Assembly: GCA_965223905.1 (NCBI GenBank)
Contig: CBDCXV010000011.1
Coordinates: forward strand, 1,888,001-1,952,000
Length of the DNA stretch: 64,000 nucleotides
Reading direction: 5' to 3'
From: Candidatus Latescibacterota bacterium
Lineage (GTDB): Bacteria; Latescibacterota; UBA2968; UBA8231
In this document: in pieces, positions 62,968 through 64,000 of the stretch
Numbering within the stretch: the first letter of the stretch is position 1
Layout: each line of letters begins with the position of its first letter
Notes under the pieces: model-generated
Told to the model about the DNA's origin: nothing
The model's input: only the letters and a program-made list of their open reading frames with translations
Database searches by the model: none
Made by a program: the position numbers and the translations under genes

Positions 62968-64000
62968 TCACCACGGCGGGGCCAGACTCGGCTCGTGGAC
63001 GAAGCGCTTCATGCCCAGCTCGAGTCGGGCTTGGGTGCAAGGCGGCAGAGCCACCGCGAGCGTCTTGCCGCTCACCCGAACGCGCTGGGACGCCCCGTCG
63101 ATCTCGACCTCGGTGATCTCGTGTTCCCCCATGCCCCCCGCCTGGATCAGCACCTCCCGGCGCTCCGTCGGGCTCAGGTTCACCACGGTCAGTTCGGCCC
63201 GGTCGTCGCTCAGCCCCGAGACCAGTGCGGCCACGTCGGGCGGAAGCCCTGGACGACGGCGCTGAGCGTCGAAGTGACGCAGTCTCGTGACCAGCAGGCC
63301 CCCATTGTAGTGCGGTAGAGGAGCGCCCATGGTGAGCTGCACCAGGCCTTCACAGGTGACCGGATTCCGTTGCTGGAAATAGGCGTCGCCATAGGTGGCC
63401 GGATCCTGGTCGTCCTGCGCCATGAAGTCGAGACGCGCCCGCACCTGGTCCAGATTGTGTTGCAAGATCCGCTCCGGATACTCGGGAAACTCTCCGTGCA
63501 GGTAGGCCATCCAGCCCCAGTCGTGCCCGCCCTGGTCTTTGGTGTGGTGCCAGGAGTTGATGTCGAAGGGATCACCCGACCTCTTGCGGGTCCGCTCGAA
63601 TCGTCGTGAATCGTCCCGGGCCATCGACATGCACCACAGATGGGCGATATCGGACGGGTAGATGGGCATGAACTCGAACCAGCCGTCCTCCTGGAGAGCG
63701 GTGCCATCCTCCTTCCGGATCGGGTACATCATCCACACGCCGGGCTCGTAGTCGACCCGCCCGGGATCATCGTACTTGTGGGGCACGTAGAGCTGATCGT
63801 CGCGCTCGATCCCGCGGGAGATGAGGACGTCGATCTGCGACCTTGGAAAATCCATGTAGTCCAGCCGGCGCGTCAGCAGGGCGCAGTTCTGGGCTGCGAC
63901 CCCCACGGCCTGCCCGACGCTGTGCCAACCGTGGGGCCAGGCCCAGCCGTAGCTCGACCCGTACCACTTGCCGTTGGTGTGTTCGCCCACGACGCCGGAG
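62968..64000 (-). CDS. Conserved hypothetical protein, N-terminus outside window
   Basis: Open frame to the edge. WYGSSYGWAWPHG, GEFPEYPE.IL, NPVTCEGLVQLTMG, RRPGLPPDVAALV, QAGGMGEH motifs. Confidence 0.7.
   Translation of the reverse strand, partial: SGVVGEHTNGKWYGSSYGWAWPHGWHSVGQAVGVAAQNCALLTRRLDYMDFPRSQIDVLISRGIERDDQLYVPHKYDDPGRVDYEPGVWMMYPIRKEDGTALQEDGWFEFMPIYPSDIAHLWCMSMARDDSRRFERTRKRSGDPFDINSWHHTKDQGGHDWGWMAYLHGEFPEYPERILQHNLDQVRARLDFMAQDDQDPATYGDAYFQQRNPVTCEGLVQLTMGAPLPHYNGGLLVTRLRHFDAQRRRPGLPPDVAALVSGLSDDRAELTVVNLSPTERREVLIQAGGMGEHEITEVEIDGASQRVRVSGKTLAVALPPCTQARLELGMKRFVHEPSLAPPW

Overview
High-GC bacterial window. The repeated C-terminal 'AVExxSWGRxK' motif and the FlgD/CHU_C-tailed proteins suggest Latescibacterota or a related FCB candidate lineage (inference). 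From left to right it holds: (1) futalosine-pathway menaquinone genes (mqnE partial, ubiE/menG); (2) a sensor-less His kinase plus NtrC-type activator ahead of a sigma54 promoter that precedes a PTS-IIA-like gene and a sigma70 factor; (3) a ~17-kb nitrogen-scavenging supercluster (NifA-like GAF activator, amtB-glnK-porin, glnA, ureD, NitT/TauT ABC transporter, GdmH-like guanidine hydrolase, degenerate CbiX-like protein, urease ureAB/C/F/G), marked by a recurring paired ACA-N4-TGT palindrome; (4) hemC, cobA-hemD and metabolic enzymes, interrupted by an Eco29kI-type R-M pair, a truncated type IIG R-M gene and an MNT-HEPN pair; (5) a ~22-kb co-oriented minus-strand cluster of uncharacterised envelope proteins (WGRxK-tailed protein, three FlgD/CHU_C-tailed proteins, two paralogous ~950-aa probable outer-membrane proteins, PPIase, degenerate M28-FtsX fusion, DUF6785-like transporter), preceded by a 168-bp MITE. 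Several +1 homopolymer frameshifts look like sequencing errors. All family calls come from motif recognition by eye, not database searches.
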